Shown: one piece after another, positions 60,819 to 64,000 of the stretch | Layout of the letters: each line of letters opens with the position of its first letter | Numbering within the stretch: position 1 is the stretch's first letter | Assembly (NCBI GenBank): GCA_964036045.1 | Contig: OZ038378.1 | Span: forward strand, 7,502,001-7,566,000 | DNA: 64,000 nucleotides | Direction: 5' to 3' | Source of the DNA: Eutreptiella sp. 'Long Island Sound 2002' | Taxonomy: Eukaryota > Protista > Euglenida | Made by a program: the position numbers and the translations under genes | Notes under the pieces: generated by a model | Told to the model about the DNA's origin: nothing | Database searches by the model: none | Seen by the model: the letters and a program-made list of their open reading frames with translations, nothing else

Positions 60819-63725
60819 GTGTGCCCCGTGCAGGGCCGTTCTGAAGGAAGCAGGCCCGTCACTTGTTCGATTTTTTTTTTGAAGCACAGTCCTCAAATTG
60901 GCCGTCCAGATGCCTCAAATGATGGATCCGTCGTTAACCCCCCATCTTGAGCCCCCATCAGACCCACCTGACACAAGGTCAACGGGGTAAGCTCGTACCC
61001 ACAGGCCCTCGCCAGGAGATGCGAGCTGACATCCGACGGCACGCCAACGTGTGCCGGCACAGAAACAAACCTGTAACCGATGGACGGCCAGCAGCGCAAA
61101 CACAGCACACCACACAATACAACGAAGTACGTGAAACCGGAAGTACTCACCGGCAAACCGACTCCGCCTCCCCCCCCCCCCCCCCCATGCTTCCCGTACT
61201 GCCTCATGCGCATTTGCACTTGGACCAGGTGTGCGTAGCGGTTGCCCCCTTGTGCCCTACCCCCGTGTGAATTACATTCTCTCCTGACAAGGCAAAGGGA
61301 AAGGGGGGGGTGGAGTTGGCGTGTTGGAAGGGGTGGTCGGCGTGGGGGTGGGGGGCGAGGCGGGCGACAAATTCATCAGACGCCTCGGGCTCCAGAGGTA
61401 CGTGTCGGAGCAATCATTCGTCGTGTACTTGAATAGGTAGACTTCCATACACGCGATCCCATCGCGAGTGTGATGGCGGGACGCAGCCCCGGCGCAATCC
61501 TCGGCAACCCCTAAGAATTCCCCGACCACACAGCGAAGCGCACCTACTGTAAGGCCTCAGCCGATAGCGCTACGGATCGGCGTCCGTGTGACCCCTGACC
61601 ACGGGAATCTGGATTCCGGTCCATATCCAAACCCCCTCCTCCCTTTTCCGCCTCTGCCGGCCTGCCCACACTCTCCTGCACACCGTCCCAGAGCCCGATG
61701 ATGTCCAAGCGGAATTGACCGACGGATGGTATTCTATCGCGGCCAAATTCGACCAGCCGCTGGGAGACCGGCTCCGGAAGGGGCTGATCCGTGTCGGGCA
61801 CAAACTCCGCATCTACAACGCCAGCCTGTCCGCTGGGGACCCGTGTCACCCTCTGGAGGCCCCGGCCGATGTGGTCCTGGCGCTGCATTACAACTCCACG
61901 CGACCGGCCGCCGACGCCGCCAAGTTGGGGTTCATCCGGCGGGGCCCCGGCTACCGGCACCCCGTCGTCCCGTTGCAATGCCTGCACGCTCTCGGCGGCC
62001 CGGCCCCGGCCATCGACGTGATTGTCCAGCGGCGTTATCCCTCGGTGTACATTGAGAGCGCGGACGGCGCCCCTGAGACGGGCCCCGGCGGGGCTCGGCC
62101 GCAGCGGCATGTCCGGTCTGCCCGCGCGGAGGAGAAGGCCGTGGCGGCGCATATGGCTCAGGTGTCCTCCTTGTTCTCGGCTACGGGTACAATTTGTGGC
62201 CGGACGGCGCTACTCTACTCCTTCGCCGAGGCCCTCCAAGTATCATGGTCCTGAGTGTGGACTGAATGTACAGTACATGGGGGGGCTCAGGCACAGATTT
62301 GTCAACACAATTCATCTCCGACATCGGAGTTGGTATGTGGTCGATGCGACACCCGGCACTCGGGTAGCACTGGTGTGGCATTTGGTGTACCCAGAGTAAG
62401 GGGTGGTGGGAAGGGCGTGCATCAGTATGTTGTGGGACGGTAACACACATACAGCCCTAACAAGCCGTACCATTCGGTTGAGTGGCGCGCACGCACGCGT
62501 GTGTTGGCAAAAACAAGCATCCGGCAGCTTCTGGCGGTATCTGGCGAGGGGTGGGGCTTGCATCCGGCAGCATCCGGCAACGACGTGCGCTCGCGTGTGC
62601 CAACATATCTCTCTGGGACGGTGGGGAAGGTGCCAACACGGAGCGCTTTCAGGGGTCGGTGCCATTGTTGCCTGATTTGTGCTCACTGAGTGTCCCGTAG
62701 GTGGGGGTATGTGGGGTATATTCGGAAAGCCCTTGAAAGGGGCTATTTGGAACACCCTGGGTCTGCATGCTGTACTGACAATGTCTTTAAGATCTTTGTC
62801 CGTTTTGGACGGTGCCTGTGTTGCCTGCTGCGTCTTTTTGTCAACAGGCAGGTACCATGTCCGCATACAAATTCACGCAACGTGCTGTTGCTTCGCCCGA
62901 TGCACCACAAAAGCCTTTGGTACGCAAAAGAGCACGCTCTGGGGGTGTAAAGTGGGTGCAGGTGAGTCGGGACGAGTCGCGGTTTTGCCTGGATGAAATC
63001 AGGGTACAGTGAGGCCATTGCATGGCGCAGGGTCCGGCTGACCAAACAGCGAAATGTTGACCTCACAACTGATGGCCTCTGGGCCATGCCCCTGAACACA
63101 GGGTGGGTACCAGTCAAGGCATGCAGGCTGCAGGACTGGGAGAAATTGAAGAAGTATGTTCCCAGTCACAAGCAGGCGGATGTGTGCCCCAATGGAGTCC
63201 CGGCCCTTGTGGAAAGGCGCAACAATGACAACGAATCGGATTCAGAATAATGAGTGATCCTCAGAGCATTGCCTGTGCCCTGTGTGTCCTTCCGTTTACA
63301 GCTCTTTGTGCAAAACTGTGACCACCTACCCCCACCCCCAACCCATACATTTCTGAAACGGCCTTTTCTCACAGATTTCAAAAAGCATACACATACCCCC
63401 CCCTACGAATTGCGAACTTGCTCCGTGTTGGCACCTTCTGGATGTCCCAGAGAGATATGGCATGCCGGATACTAGTGCCAGGTCTGGATGGGGGTGCCCC
63501 AAAGAGCACACGTATGCACAAATTTTCTTCTCAATAAACTGGGAACTCGACAGCCTCCGGGGGTTTGTGGACCGTCAGTAGTTCGGCAGCCCTGAGAACG
63601 AACATCCACGCGCGTCATCTTGCTTCAGCAGGCACGCGTGCAGGTGGCCGTGGAACAAAGGACTGTCGGGAGGCGGCGGAGTCCAACCCTTTCCCCAATC
63701 TTCCCCATGGCTGTGGTGCGGAAGG
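58349..63725 (+). CDS. BRCA2: Breast cancer type 2 susceptibility protein homologue, 5' part; continues right of the window
   Basis: Exons 58349-60818, 61692-62161, 63629-63725. Six BRC repeats; helical domain WARNHFRWVVWKLGAME; OB1 motifs PLVLCI, ELTDGWY, LHYNSTRP, GGPAPAIDVIVQRRYP. Confidence 0.95.
58796..59640 (+). repeat. Coding tandem array of 6 x 153 bp (51 aa), one BRC repeat per unit
   Basis: CCTCTGTTCACAACGGGTAGTGGAC starts at 58796, 58949, 59102, 59255, 59408 and 59561. Confidence 0.97.
61692..62161 (+). CDS. BRCA2: BRCA2 exon 2 (OB1)
   Basis: cccag acceptor, EPDDVQAELTDGWYSI...RSARAEEKAVAAHMAQ. Confidence 0.92.
63629..63725 (+). CDS. BRCA2: BRCA2 exon 3 (tentative)
   Basis: cttcag-cag NAGNAG acceptor, QARVQVAVEQ...RSPTLSPIFPMAVVRK, donor GTGAGC. 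Confidence 0.6.
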
Positions 63726-64000
63726 GTGAGCGGCCCAGCCTCGGGGCCGCTGTGCTGGGCTTGCTCTGCAGCTGTGAATCTGCGGTTCATGGCACAGCAC
63801 GGGCCACTCTGCATGCACTGCTGTGCGCTGCACAGTGGGTCGCAATGGCCACGGATTGAATGCCTGACTACGGATCAGATGGTGCTGGTGTGGTCATAAA
63901 CGTGTGCCACGCACCCATGCAGTCAATGTGCGTTTGCTCCCCATGGGGCACCATACAGGCGGCGCATTTTCCTTGAACGGAGGACAAATTGCGCCGTTCT

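Noticed and set aside
59321-60862. 513-aa antisense ORF over BRCA2 exon 1
   Set aside because: Shadow of a GC-rich repetitive coding strand; no recognisable motifs.

Overview
Intron-rich, repeat-rich eukaryotic (protist-like) genomic DNA. A euglenozoan origin is plausible but cannot be proven from this window. Four spliced genes were rebuilt by hand with frame-consistent GT-AG junctions. (1) CTF18, an RFC-like clamp loader, minus strand, 7 exons visible, running off the left edge. (2) An unrecognised 9-exon, ~490-aa minus-strand gene with a presequence-like N-terminus, one hydrophobic helix and a class-3 lipase fold whose nucleophile Ser is replaced by Gly (a pseudo-lipase). (3) A 17-exon, ~1359-aa full-size (TMD-NBD)2 peroxisomal ABCD transporter of the plant CTS/PXA1 type, with a ~120-aa insertion at the end of NBD1. 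(4) BRCA2, plus strand, running off the right edge, with six near-identical 153-bp BRC repeats. Introns and intergenic DNA hold many mobile-element remnants. The most distinctive is a family, present twice, built as an A/T-tract motif array, then a hairpin-rich GGCTAC satellite, then an ORF for a Ulp1/SENP-like cysteine protease with a C-terminal HeH-like motif. Also present are a BED-finger remnant, several foldback/MITE-like arrays, a tRNA-Leu-like sequence and microsatellites. No CRISPR array or rRNA was seen. Exon borders are manual inferences and need RNA-seq confirmation.
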